64,000 nucleotides of DNA from Candidatus Thalassarchaeaceae archaeon (GCA_030751995.1 JASMFB010000001.1:122-64121); one strand, 5' to 3'; counted from the first letter of the stretch, positions 15,801 to 25,102 are shown. A program made the numbers and translations. Notes: a model not told the origin generated them from the sequence alone.

Positions 15801-18561
15801 ATACACCTGTTCTTGGTCCTCTGCTCAGGAGGGTTTGAACCCACTGAATGGTTCCGATGCAGGAAACAATCCTGATGGCGATGGATATGATGTGAATCAT
15901 GATGGAATCTTACAACCCGATGAGATGTTGACCAATTGGATGGAGTACTACATTTCATCCGTAATCATGCTAGGGGACGTCGACCAAGATGGCAACACAT
16001 TGCCGATAACCACCTCACTGTTCAATGCTTCATGGAACGGCTCGGCTACTGAGCCGTTCGGATTCTATGCGACTGACGAAGTCATCAACGACCAACCGCT
16101 TGCGCCTCAATCTGACCAAGGCACTAGTGACCCATTGAATCGCGACACCGATCAAGATGGCATGCCCGATGGTTGGGAGGTATTCTTCGCTCGCTGGGAT
16201 GTTTACAATGATGGATGGACTCTGAATCCAGTCATGGAATTGGATTCCCTTGGCGACCCTGATGGAGATGGGATGACCAATTGGGAAGAATACAATTCAA
16301 TCGATTCAAATTACACAGAGACAAATCCGGATCAATCCAGCCCCCAGTACTACGTTTTCGGTGTGGCTGGTATTGCCTCAATTCAAGTTTGGAATGAAGC
16401 CGGTTCGATGACACCATTTGGTGCATTCGTTACTCCAGAACAGATTGCCATTGGCGGGCGCACGTGCGATCCAAACAACCCAGACACAGATGGCGACGGT
16501 ATGTATGACGGAATCGAACTACTCTTCACGCAGTGGAATCAGAGTGACATGGTCTGGACCCTGAACCCGATGGTTGCTGGCGATGGCCATTATGATGCAG
16601 ATCATGATGCTCTGACCGATTTACAAGAATTGAATCTGACCGTACAGAATCCAGTCAATGGTGGTTTGTCGCCACCCGATGCTCCACGGATGTGGGAAGA
16701 AGCCATTTCACAGAATGAGAACGCATTCTTGCAACGAATCAATTCGATGCTGTTCGCTAAGGGCAACAGAGCTATGATTGCAGCAGAACAATATCTAGAT
16801 TGGCGAAGCAGCCCAGAAGTACCCCCTCCCCCCCTTCTTTCGACAATCATTGGAATTACTGATCCAACCAACAATGATTCAGACAATGATCAGATGATTG
16901 ATGGCTATGAGTACTGGTTCACAGAATGGGATTTGGATGGTAACCAATGGGAGATGAACCCCCTCACATCAGCGGACGTTGATTTCGATTCTGACAATGA
17001 TTCGTGGGACTGCAACGGTGACGGGGAGATCGATGACAACGAATCCTACGACAATCTTGCTGAATATCAGGCTCGAATCTATGGCAAGTTTGACCAACGA
17101 TTCACGGTACCACCTGAGTTCGGTCTAGTCAGTTATGGGCGCGACATGATGAACGCCCATCAAGAAGAGACTGGGATGACTGAATTCCAAGCCCGCGGTC
17201 TTCTGTATGACAACTTCGTCGCAAAGGATGTGATGAGTAGTGAGCGAATGCTGCGCATCAATGAAGCATATTCGGACAATTGGAATCTGAGTCTATGGGG
17301 CATCTCAGATCCTACTCACGCTGACTCTGACGGCGATACGATGCCAGACGGTTGGGAATTCTGCTATTCCCAATACGTCGAGACTCTTCCGATGAACAGT
17401 TGGCGTTGGAGTTTGAATCCAGTAAACCCACTAGATGTCGATTATGATCCTGATGCGGACGGGTGGTTCGATCGTAATTCGGGAGATATCCCAGCCGAGC
17501 AAGGTATGTGGGACTCGCGAACATTCACTCCCTACGATTCGAGTCAACAGATTTCCCCTGGAAACAGCCCTCTATTCTTTACCAATATCCAAGAGTGGGA
17601 ATTGGGGACTATCCCAATCTCTAATGACACCGATGGAGATGCCATTCAGAAGGTTCGAGAACACTCGAATGGAGTGACGACGGCCTACGATTATTCGTGG
17701 GCACTCAGCGATGGTCGTGAGGTGTACAAGTTTGGTACTAACCCCATTGACGACGATACGGATGGAGATATGCTTCCAGACTGGTGGGAGCATGATACGG
17801 GGTGGAACGAATCCAATGATAATTGGTCCTCATTCCTACACATCAAGGTCGTGTGGGAGGATTTCGGTACGACCAAGAAACCTCTGAACGTCACCGGGAT
17901 GAATCTGGCACGCCCCAACATGGAATGGACGTGGGCCACCTTCGACCCTCGTGATCCCACAGATTCCACCGCAGATCCGGACAATGATGGTGGTTGGGAT
18001 TGCTCGGGGCCAACCTGTATTTACATCCCGTACAACAACTTCCAGGAATTTTATGGAAATACAACCTTGGCAAGTGCCACTCAGGTTCGGGGGTCACCGT
18101 TATTGTACCAAGGTGAACAAATTATGGAATGGTGGCAATTGCGCGGTTATCTGTTGCAAACTGGCACGCCCAACGATATCTATGCCAATTATTTCCGCAT
18201 GTATAGAATCAATACAACAGATGACTTGTATGCTCACGTTCTCTACGACAACGATGTCGATTACATGATTCTTGACCCAATCGATGATGTCTCCATCTGC
18301 AGGGGTGATTGGACTGACGATTGGGAGCGACGTTGGGGTGCCTTTGACCGATTCCCTAACATCGGCCAAGGTGAGTATGTGTGGGGCTGGTGGAACCTCG
18401 ACATCGATGGTGACAACATCGCTGATGGTACAGATCCAATCAACTACGATACTGATGGTGATTGGCTGAATGATTGGTTCGAGATTGACGACGATATGGT
18501 TGATGGGGTACGTGGTAATGGCGGCTCCCCTATCCGATATGACGATCGCACAACCACATGA
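12856..18561 (+). CDS. Giant (1901 aa) secreted protein with at least 12 bacterial-type TSP3 (thrombospondin type 3-like) Ca-binding repeats and a central beta-propeller-like region
   Basis: The signal peptide is MRRKQTALLITLLILGSMIFVSQI. The D-x-D-x-D-G-x-P-D-G-W-E motif recurs many times (DTDGDGLPDGFE, DSDADGMPDGWEF, DTDQDGMPDGWE, DSDGDGLPDGWEA, DTDGDGMYDGIE, and others). The block LIYVGTMRGI...LFVGTDHGLL...LWVGTRGGVHQF resembles propeller blades. No C-terminal TM is present. Confidence 0.85.
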   Translation: MRRKQTALLITLLILGSMIFVSQIRPSSPVQSVHPGDTTGEGPPITDRDKDGMPDLHEEAFSESVFLDLGDRSRTIPGLDPDNGTDNQSDHDYDGLTALMEYCWPYSLDSCFTNNRTGLPGKPAEISETGLRWYLDPRSGDTDGDGLPDGFEVAMCMTKTGYENASHVWNCMAFDPLNSSDGLIDSDRCRDLTFGCGDGFDVDRDGTIEPHEYYTNAEEYMYGAPENWVTEFDGLRCSGGPDDMPPLVDPCRTEETRPTGESGWLGTDPLDNDTDYYRWVGNPGQALGQTQKGDGIVDGWEIYFQLDPLNSSDALIDSDSDGWDFNRDGAISPDTSSSTLDLGEVFSNLEEYTVYRDDGNWVTAGVKQTSLGIADQTVTTFDQGTTPRLLHHNAHSIFSDDVHGLIYVGTMRGITVMDPSMNSSNHFELPSGTNLLDLYMWPEGGDDGVLLLSTTSGLMTLVLDTDGQISSVVDDIDTEAMNLMVPIQTGSGGQALILGFGADQDVWRFSLDSQGLIGSPTAVNQLTAALQQQENTTVEAAVHVVLPSEGPRLFVGTDHGLLMANSSDFAGGFESTWIFDISNAEDFVIPADAIDSALAARVQALFVDGPRDANGDITSPQTLWVGTRGGVHQFDLIVGPTTPLGAFSYDRMINDEEFTANDIHSILPLGDEVIIGSQWGSWALDADHTRSSGVEPDHTRIPGRIVDMTVLDIDGQPFLFAALDPGAYANMVLIDPLSNDSDADGMPDGWEFIHGLDPTNPFDRDDDSDADGVNFNPDEDEYFDRSWSNLDEFRYVATSEQGWNSTNPQLSDTDGDGLFDGEEYWGFFLERTNFTCHYLNGDYLCDESTGQAARTTYVTGWSDSGAGGGTDRSIDPTNIDTDQDGMPDGWEIQYRRWIGQTFHGGNDWSLDPNDPTDAFDDADGDGLTNICEYQWQQIRLFVLEQGLNTHNETAEGAASWVDTDPNLADSDGDGLPDGWEARYTCSWSSAQEGLNPLNGSDAGNNPDGDGYDVNHDGILQPDEMLTNWMEYYISSVIMLGDVDQDGNTLPITTSLFNASWNGSATEPFGFYATDEVINDQPLAPQSDQGTSDPLNRDTDQDGMPDGWEVFFARWDVYNDGWTLNPVMELDSLGDPDGDGMTNWEEYNSIDSNYTETNPDQSSPQYYVFGVAGIASIQVWNEAGSMTPFGAFVTPEQIAIGGRTCDPNNPDTDGDGMYDGIELLFTQWNQSDMVWTLNPMVAGDGHYDADHDALTDLQELNLTVQNPVNGGLSPPDAPRMWEEAISQNENAFLQRINSMLFAKGNRAMIAAEQYLDWRSSPEVPPPPLLSTIIGITDPTNNDSDNDQMIDGYEYWFTEWDLDGNQWEMNPLTSADVDFDSDNDSWDCNGDGEIDDNESYDNLAEYQARIYGKFDQRFTVPPEFGLVSYGRDMMNAHQEETGMTEFQARGLLYDNFVAKDVMSSERMLRINEAYSDNWNLSLWGISDPTHADSDGDTMPDGWEFCYSQYVETLPMNSWRWSLNPVNPLDVDYDPDADGWFDRNSGDIPAEQGMWDSRTFTPYDSSQQISPGNSPLFFTNIQEWELGTIPISNDTDGDAIQKVREHSNGVTTAYDYSWALSDGREVYKFGTNPIDDDTDGDMLPDWWEHDTGWNESNDNWSSFLHIKVVWEDFGTTKKPLNVTGMNLARPNMEWTWATFDPRDPTDSTADPDNDGGWDCSGPTCIYIPYNNFQEFYGNTTLASATQVRGSPLLYQGEQIMEWWQLRGYLLQTGTPNDIYANYFRMYRINTTDDLYAHVLYDNDVDYMILDPIDDVSICRGDWTDDWERRWGAFDRFPNIGQGEYVWGWWNLDIDGDNIADGTDPINYDTDGDWLNDWFEIDDDMVDGVRGNGGSPIRYDDRTTT

Positions 18562-18565
18562 TTTC

Positions 18566-18606
18566 AACCCCGGGTCACGGCCCCTAAAGGGGCCTGACCC
18601 GTGGGG
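18566..18606 (+). terminator. GC-rich hairpin (ccccgggtcacggcccc-TAAA-ggggcctgacccgtgggg) directly after the stop of the 1901-aa gene
   Basis: The inverted repeat was read from sequence and begins 5 nt after the stop codon. Confidence 0.35.
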
Positions 18607-18655
18607 AAGAGTTTGATAGGTTAGACCAAGCGTCGATTCTTTGCGGGGCGGGATT

Positions 18656-21241
18656 GTGAACAGTGAAAAGCCGCCCATTCTGAAGAGCGTCACACTGCTA
18701 GTGTTGTTCCTAGCTTCGTTATTCGCGGCTGCCATTCAAGCGCCCATTGAGCCAAACCTCAGCATCGATGGGGTAGAATCCACTAGTGGCGGTGCACGTC
18801 ATCTGTACACCTTCGCTGACGGTTCATCTGAGGCCATAGCCCTCTATCAGTCCGGCACCCCTGCTCGTAATATTCAGGTGTCGATGCCACGTGGTGCTGA
18901 AGTCACAGGAGCAGAGGTAACGATTTCAGGAGCTTCAGCTACGGGTTGGAATAGCATTACTGACACGACACGATCTGATTGGACTGAAGGTACCCCGCTT
19001 TTGATTGATACACGTGGTGAATCGATTACGCTGTCCCCCAAGGACACTCAAAATTGGTTCGAACCTCATGATTCCGACTCCACTCCTTCATCGGCAAACG
19101 CCTGGTATGACAACACCTCCTACTCTATCCGACAACCACACACAACCAATGTTAGTGAGACTCGTTTCAGTTCCCAACTCTCTTTGCCCTCAGGAACCTC
19201 TGCAACATACAATGGCGCTGCCTTTGTATATCGAAACATGATTTTCGCTTCGACATGGGATTCCAATATGCTCAAGAACACAATCAAGGTATTGTTCCCA
19301 AACAATGGGACACAGATGACGTCTGGAACCAACAATCAACCTGTACGTCCTGATTTGGATATTGGAACGTGTTCAATCCCTTCTCTTGCAAGTTCTTGGC
19401 AGGCCTATGGTTGGCGAGATTGGGCCATAACCGATGATGAACGTGCATTCGGCATTCTGTCGGCGTATAGAGGTCAAAATGCTGTACAATATCATCGAAT
19501 AATCGAATGGGATATCCGCCATCCTTTGGCGTGGAAGTGCATTTCATCCTATGATGTTAGTAGTGGAGGATATGGAGATTACACTGCCATCTCATACGAC
19601 CGTACACGCGACAGTATCTGGGTCAACCATGGTGTGCGCAAATCCATCATCCAGTACGACTTCGATGGCGCAGGGGGATTTGAGCGGAATAGCACTGATT
19701 TCTACACTTATTTCATGTCTAGTGGTCAAGTTCGTGGCATGTCGGTCCACGGTGATCTTTTCTGGTTTAGGACCTACCAAACATGGAACTCAGATAATTT
19801 GGAATGCTTTGCAGTCACAGGTATACCGGGAAGCGTTCTGACCAAGCAAACTGGATCAACATCGGTTCCATCCAATGGATATGGAATCCATTATGACGGT
19901 CAACGATTGAATACTATCGACCACTATTCTTGGACAGCGGGTCAGCGCTACCGCGAGTTTGGCAGCGGCATATCTTACCTGATTACAGCCCAACCCGGAA
20001 CTTCAACTTGGGTAAGTGACATCATGGAAGTCGACGAAGATGTAGTTGCTGCCAATATGGAAGTCTCTTGGACAACCAGCGCTGCTGGAGATCGCGTAGA
20101 ATATTGGATTAGTGCCGATGGAGGTACGCATTGGGTATCCGTCACAAACAATGAGACAGTCCACTTCGATTATCCGGGAACCGAACTGAAATGGAAAGTA
20201 CAGTTGGTTGGAACAACCGCCATATCATGGTGGGTTTCCATCGACTATGCTTCCGAGTACGAATCTGCAGGTGAATGGGAATCTCCAACATTGTCGACTG
20301 GTACGCAGGTCGGACGAATGCGTGCGACATGGACTTCCAACGAACCTTCGGGAACTACCGCTGCTGTATGGGCCTCAAACGACGAGGGCCAATCATGGGT
20401 CCTGGCTGAAAACGATGTTGAGATTGATTGGGGTACGAATGTTGGAAACAAACTGATTTACAAGGTTGGGCTGAACACCAGTGACTCTTCAGTTACACCT
20501 TCGTTCGAGGAACTCACCTTGCACTATGAGGAAGGGTATCCAAGTGCAGTCAGAATCGATATCGGAGATGACGGGGTCGACGAATACGTTGGCACGGGTG
20601 GGTTACAGGATCCGATTGTAGTGACGGGACAATCTCTCGTGGATGCTCTCAACAATGAGATTCCACAGAATGGTGAGGGCTCAGTCAACATCACATTCAC
20701 AATTCGTGCAGCAAGTCCTGGACGGGTCCGTCTTTCAGATCTTGACATCACCTATCGTTATCGCACACGGGTTATTGATACATCGATAGATGGTGGAATG
20801 CTAGTCCCAGATGGCATAAATCGAATCCTCGTTACTCAGATTGCTATCGGTGATGATGCGACCCTTCTCCAACAAGTCGATTTGACTCTCCAATCCAGCC
20901 ATGGTGCTGATCCAATCCTACGTTGGCAAGTAGGCGACTCTTGTTCTGAAGTAGCAGATGATGCCAACATTGTCAGGTTCGATGTCGGGAATTGCACCTC
21001 AGTCTCGACTTCGGAAGATCTTGTCAGTATTCGCATGCCGATTCAAGCCGAGTGGGATTGGGATGATGAATCATCGACAGAAGTGAATATCAGTGTAACC
21101 GACGATATAGGATTAGCCGTCAATAATTACGAAACAGAGAATCTTAATCTCCGAGTTGAGAACGATATACAATTACTCGATATAATGGCAGTAGACGAAT
21201 CGGGTCGAGAACTCTTACCTTACGATTGGATGAGAGGGTGA
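18656..21241 (+). CDS. Secreted protein, N-terminal half of an interrupted giant surface-protein frame (ends at an in-frame TGA)
   Basis: GTG 18656 gives MNSEKPPILKSVTLLVLFLASLFAAAIQAP, a signal peptide. The rest is a beta-rich ectodomain. The frame continues past TGA 21239-21241 into the next ORF. Confidence 0.7.
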   Translation: MNSEKPPILKSVTLLVLFLASLFAAAIQAPIEPNLSIDGVESTSGGARHLYTFADGSSEAIALYQSGTPARNIQVSMPRGAEVTGAEVTISGASATGWNSITDTTRSDWTEGTPLLIDTRGESITLSPKDTQNWFEPHDSDSTPSSANAWYDNTSYSIRQPHTTNVSETRFSSQLSLPSGTSATYNGAAFVYRNMIFASTWDSNMLKNTIKVLFPNNGTQMTSGTNNQPVRPDLDIGTCSIPSLASSWQAYGWRDWAITDDERAFGILSAYRGQNAVQYHRIIEWDIRHPLAWKCISSYDVSSGGYGDYTAISYDRTRDSIWVNHGVRKSIIQYDFDGAGGFERNSTDFYTYFMSSGQVRGMSVHGDLFWFRTYQTWNSDNLECFAVTGIPGSVLTKQTGSTSVPSNGYGIHYDGQRLNTIDHYSWTAGQRYREFGSGISYLITAQPGTSTWVSDIMEVDEDVVAANMEVSWTTSAAGDRVEYWISADGGTHWVSVTNNETVHFDYPGTELKWKVQLVGTTAISWWVSIDYASEYESAGEWESPTLSTGTQVGRMRATWTSNEPSGTTAAVWASNDEGQSWVLAENDVEIDWGTNVGNKLIYKVGLNTSDSSVTPSFEELTLHYEEGYPSAVRIDIGDDGVDEYVGTGGLQDPIVVTGQSLVDALNNEIPQNGEGSVNITFTIRAASPGRVRLSDLDITYRYRTRVIDTSIDGGMLVPDGINRILVTQIAIGDDATLLQQVDLTLQSSHGADPILRWQVGDSCSEVADDANIVRFDVGNCTSVSTSEDLVSIRMPIQAEWDWDDESSTEVNISVTDDIGLAVNNYETENLNLRVENDIQLLDIMAVDESGRELLPYDWMRG
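21239..21241 (+). other. In-frame TGA separating the two ORFs 18656..21241 and 21335..24157 (same reading frame; no other stop for 1,838 codons)
   Basis: 21335-18641 is divisible by 3. Translating 21242-21334 gives TNLTFSGTIAFEGTTLSPEAGQFNLELSGEN with no stop. Confidence 0.9.
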
Positions 21242-21379
21242 ACCAATCTCACATTCAGTGGCACCATTGCTTTTGAAGGCACGACGCTGTCACCAGAAGC
21301 TGGACAATTCAACCTTGAATTATCAGGAGAGAATTTGACACAAGATGGACAACCAATGGGAGATGGTACTGAGATTTTC

Positions 21380-24157
21380 ATGTTGGAAGCCAATCCAGCA
21401 TACGGTCAGTACTACATGACCTTTGAAACGCCCATTCAATCAAGTCAAGGTGGGATGTTATTCCAATTGTCTGCGGTCTCTATGCCTAATGGTTCAGACT
21501 ATGTGAATCCGAATTTCAATACCATGCGCATTGTCCTTGATGGAAACAGTCCGTTGGTTATGGATGCGACACCAGAAGATGGTATAGAAGTACACGCGGG
21601 CACACAATCTATCAGCATCATTGTGGAAGATGCGGTAGACCCACCCACTGAAATCACCCTCCATTATTGGGTAGAGGCCCAGGATGATTTGAATTACAAT
21701 CTCGTTCCAGATGCGGATGAATATCGCACTGCACTACTCCGTTCTCCTGAACACCTACCTGGTGGCATCAATGTCTTCAGCGGAATTATCGATGATAGTA
21801 CGAACAATCATGGGGAGACTGTCTCATTCTATGTTAGTGGTACAGATCAACAAAACAATGTCCTTGCCAGAGGCGGCGGTCCAGTCTGTCCAGATGTACC
21901 CACTCCCTGCGGAATCGGTTCACTAATCACTCCGGACTGGGATGCCGATTTGGTGACCTATTCAATTCGAGAGGAATTTTCGCCCCTCATTGAGACCGTG
22001 AATTCAACCCTACTGGGCCATGACGGTGAATCTCCCCTTCACCCTGGAACTGAGTACATCGCTAGGCTGTTGATTGGAGATGGAAATGGTTGGCAAGACA
22101 TCCAATCTGTCCACATATCATTGATTGAGGATTTCAGCGATGAACGCGCTTCGATTTGGGCAAATTTCACACGACCTGAGGAAGGCCACACCATGCATCT
22201 TGAATCGGGCAGTACTGCGGTTGCCGTATCCAATCTGTATAGCTCATTCTCAACTGAACCTACCAACAATAGCATCCTTTACCTCGACATCCGTTTCCAA
22301 CTCACATGGTGGTTCCCAGAGGAATTCGATACCAATGGAGACACAACCTTTGTGCCGATTGTCAAAGTCATCGATTGGCCATGTGATCTCAACACTGATA
22401 TCCCTTGCCACGAAGATTCCGGCGGCCTGGGTTACGATGAATGGAGTCTGGACAACGATTTGAGATTCGACATGGTAACGGGCCACTTCACGGCCACAGA
22501 TTTGGCAACTGGTCGAAATCTGTACCGCCCTGGCGAAGACCCAGAACTGATTGCTGCAGGGCAAGTAGTTCGTGTCGCCGGACGTATTCTATTCAGTGAG
22601 GATTCAACACCTGCCCCTGAAGGTGCTTTCGATATCGTTGTCGGAGATTTGGAGCGCTCCTGGTCCGCAGTTCCCCGGGAAGGAGGAGATTTCACCCTCG
22701 ACATCCTTGTTCCAAACGTTCGAAGCGGGGGCCTTGATATGTACGCGGGACTTGAAAATCTCCCGGGATTGGCAGACGATACAACTGAACAGCAACCTAG
22801 GATACAATTGGTGGTCGATGGAACACCCCCTGAAATTCGTTCCATCGGACCAGATGGCGACGTCCGTCTGAGTGACGCCAACCAGTTGCCAGTTAGCCTC
22901 CATGTGTCCGATGAACATGGATTTGATACGGATCGCCCAGCCGAAATACATTGGAAGATTAGGGCCGGTACCAGTGAAATTTCACGGGGTAATCAGCCCT
23001 TCCAGCAAGGCACCCCGATCGGTGCCGATTGGAGTTGGGAGGGCATTATGGATTTGACCGATTCCGGTTCGATTGAATTACTTCCTGGCTACATGGTTGA
23101 TGTTTGGATTACAGGCTCGGATGAGGCCGGAAATCCCTATCTGGCCGAGAATAACACCGAGAACACACCGCTAGTCCAGTGGCGATTGATTCGGATTGGC
23201 CCGGAGATTGATCTTCGCGGAGAACATACCGAGATAACATGGGTCAACCCTTCACCAGTCGGCGGCGAAGTTGCAGTATTGTCTATTCACGGTATCAATA
23301 ACAACGATCAATCGGGAGATATTACTTTCATTCTCATAGAAGAGATTTCGAGCGACCAATGGATTGAGGTTTCCGACGTTGAATCCATCGTCACAGTCGA
23401 ATCAATGGCTAATTGGTCTGCCACACTGGAGTTATCTACCGAGGTCGTAGAGGAGAGTGAGATTCACAGATACCAACTCATTGCCCGTGATCGCCACATC
23501 GACATTGATTGGGTAACAATCGAACCGCTGGAGATTAAACCACACACTGCACGTGATGGAGAAGCATTATCACAGCAAATTGGTGAATCAAAGGGATTGT
23601 TCGTCTTGTACATCATCGCAGTGGCTTCTCTCTGTTTTGGGGTATCAATGTTGGTCCTTTACCGGCGTGAAAAACAGATGAAAATTGATGAAGAAGAGAG
23701 TTTACTTGAGCAATCGGAGATTATTGGAATCGCCGAAAACACGGTTGCCCCCCCACCAGGATTCGACAATGCTCCACCTCCAGTCACAGTTGCCACACCA
23801 TCTGGATTTGACAATATACCTCCGCCCAATACTGTGGCGCCGCCCTTCAGCAACAAACCATCTACTCAATCGGAACCAACCATCCTCCTAGACTTCAGCG
23901 ACAATGTATTCTCTCAAGTGCTCCGCACCTTCGGAATCCATAACAGCACCTCATTCCTCGCATTTGCAGGCCAATATGATGAGGATGGCAATGGATACTT
24001 GCGAAAGAGCGAATTGGAACGGGCAGCCACCGAATATGTTGCAGGTGGACATAATGATATGACGGCAACCACTACTGGATATTCCGATGAACAATTACTC
24101 GCTGGTGGTTGGACTCAAGAGCAAATTGATACCGCTCGAGATAATGGCCAAATCTGA
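21380..24157 (+). CDS. C-terminal half of the interrupted giant surface protein: ectodomain, single TM helix and a Pro-rich cytoplasmic tail
   Basis: No signal peptide. The TM helix is LFVLYIIAVASLCFGVSMLVLY. The tail carries PPPGFDNAPPP...PSGFDNIPPP and ends ...GGWTQEQIDTARDNGQI. The first in-frame ATG is 21380; the ORF track starts at TTG 21335. Confidence 0.65.
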   Translation: MLEANPAYGQYYMTFETPIQSSQGGMLFQLSAVSMPNGSDYVNPNFNTMRIVLDGNSPLVMDATPEDGIEVHAGTQSISIIVEDAVDPPTEITLHYWVEAQDDLNYNLVPDADEYRTALLRSPEHLPGGINVFSGIIDDSTNNHGETVSFYVSGTDQQNNVLARGGGPVCPDVPTPCGIGSLITPDWDADLVTYSIREEFSPLIETVNSTLLGHDGESPLHPGTEYIARLLIGDGNGWQDIQSVHISLIEDFSDERASIWANFTRPEEGHTMHLESGSTAVAVSNLYSSFSTEPTNNSILYLDIRFQLTWWFPEEFDTNGDTTFVPIVKVIDWPCDLNTDIPCHEDSGGLGYDEWSLDNDLRFDMVTGHFTATDLATGRNLYRPGEDPELIAAGQVVRVAGRILFSEDSTPAPEGAFDIVVGDLERSWSAVPREGGDFTLDILVPNVRSGGLDMYAGLENLPGLADDTTEQQPRIQLVVDGTPPEIRSIGPDGDVRLSDANQLPVSLHVSDEHGFDTDRPAEIHWKIRAGTSEISRGNQPFQQGTPIGADWSWEGIMDLTDSGSIELLPGYMVDVWITGSDEAGNPYLAENNTENTPLVQWRLIRIGPEIDLRGEHTEITWVNPSPVGGEVAVLSIHGINNNDQSGDITFILIEEISSDQWIEVSDVESIVTVESMANWSATLELSTEVVEESEIHRYQLIARDRHIDIDWVTIEPLEIKPHTARDGEALSQQIGESKGLFVLYIIAVASLCFGVSMLVLYRREKQMKIDEEESLLEQSEIIGIAENTVAPPPGFDNAPPPVTVATPSGFDNIPPPNTVAPPFSNKPSTQSEPTILLDFSDNVFSQVLRTFGIHNSTSFLAFAGQYDEDGNGYLRKSELERAATEYVAGGHNDMTATTTGYSDEQLLAGGWTQEQIDTARDNGQI

Positions 24158-24173
24158 CCCCGGGGGTTAACTC

Positions 24174-24653
24174 ATGACTGAGGATTTGCCACGAATACCC
24201 ATTCCTAACCCCGATTCAGAACGAACGGAAAAAATGGTATTCTTGCAAGAGCAACTTGTGAATTTCCTGCGTCAATATTCGATGCCATTAATCGAAGCAT
24301 CCCTCGTTTTTTCAAAATACACCCGGCAACTGGGTGAAGCCCTCACTTCTCAGGCTGAAGCCCAAGGTGAAAGATTACCTGAGATTTTAGCACAACCTTG
24401 GCCAATTTTGGGTGACCAAGAGTCCATGGATAACTCAGGCCCTCGCTTGGAAACCCTTCTCGAAAACCTCGATGATGATCGAATGGATATTCTCGACACA
24501 ATTCTCCGCTCATCAATTACAGCAACTGAAATGCCATTGGCGGACGCACTGATGCAATTGCGCCAATGGGAACACCTCACTAGAAACCAATTAGCAGATT
24601 CCAAAGGCCCAGGCCAATTGTTTTCCCCACTTGAAATTCCAGAAGATTGGTAA
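24174..24653 (+). CDS. Hypothetical acidic protein (159 aa)
   Basis: ORF only. It starts 16 nt after the preceding gene and no motif was recognised. Confidence 0.45.
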   Translation: MTEDLPRIPIPNPDSERTEKMVFLQEQLVNFLRQYSMPLIEASLVFSKYTRQLGEALTSQAEAQGERLPEILAQPWPILGDQESMDNSGPRLETLLENLDDDRMDILDTILRSSITATEMPLADALMQLRQWEHLTRNQLADSKGPGQLFSPLEIPEDW

Positions 24654-25034
24654 TCAATTCACGAATTCCAGTACACGACGGCGATTCTCGGCCTCTGAGA
24701 CGGCAATCATCGCTACTCGATAAGCATCGAAGATGGACCACGCCCAAAGTACTGGCCACAGAATGAGAGTCAGCACCAAGGGGAGTTGTAGCAACATCCA
24801 ATCGAATCCTTTCTGATGTTGGCGATTGAAGTGCTGCCCCAAGAACAGGAAGGGAATTGCGGCCAATGCTCCAGCAATGAGTGGTTTGAGTGAACCCCAA
24901 GCACCGACGCCCGCTGTCAATTCAGTCCAAATGAGTCGAATTGCACCAAGAACGTCACGTATCCGCCCCAATGCTGTTGGGCCAGTAGAGTCAGTGGGCA
25001 AGGAGACCACAAGGTCCTCATCATCATCACTCAT
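24654..25034 (-). CDS. Small membrane protein (126 aa, about 2 TM helices)
   Basis: Hydrophobic segments LIAGALAAIPFLFLG and WMLLQLPLVLTLILWPVLWAW. It lies downstream of, and is co-oriented with, the 192-aa membrane protein. Confidence 0.5.
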   Translation of the reverse strand: MSDDDEDLVVSLPTDSTGPTALGRIRDVLGAIRLIWTELTAGVGAWGSLKPLIAGALAAIPFLFLGQHFNRQHQKGFDWMLLQLPLVLTLILWPVLWAWSIFDAYRVAMIAVSEAENRRRVLEFVN

Positions 25035-25102
25035 CGCTCTGCCTCACCCATTGCCTGCTCACCCATCCTGTTCAATGCTATGCATCCCCCGCATCTCTAT
25101 AA

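Noticed and set aside
21239-21241. Selenocysteine or genome-wide UGA recoding as explanation for the in-frame TGA
   Set aside because: TGA terminates several well-defined genes in this window (first giant gene, dnaJ, gap). Sec in a secreted adhesin would be unprecedented, and no SECIS-like element was examined. Kept only as a low-probability alternative in the finding.
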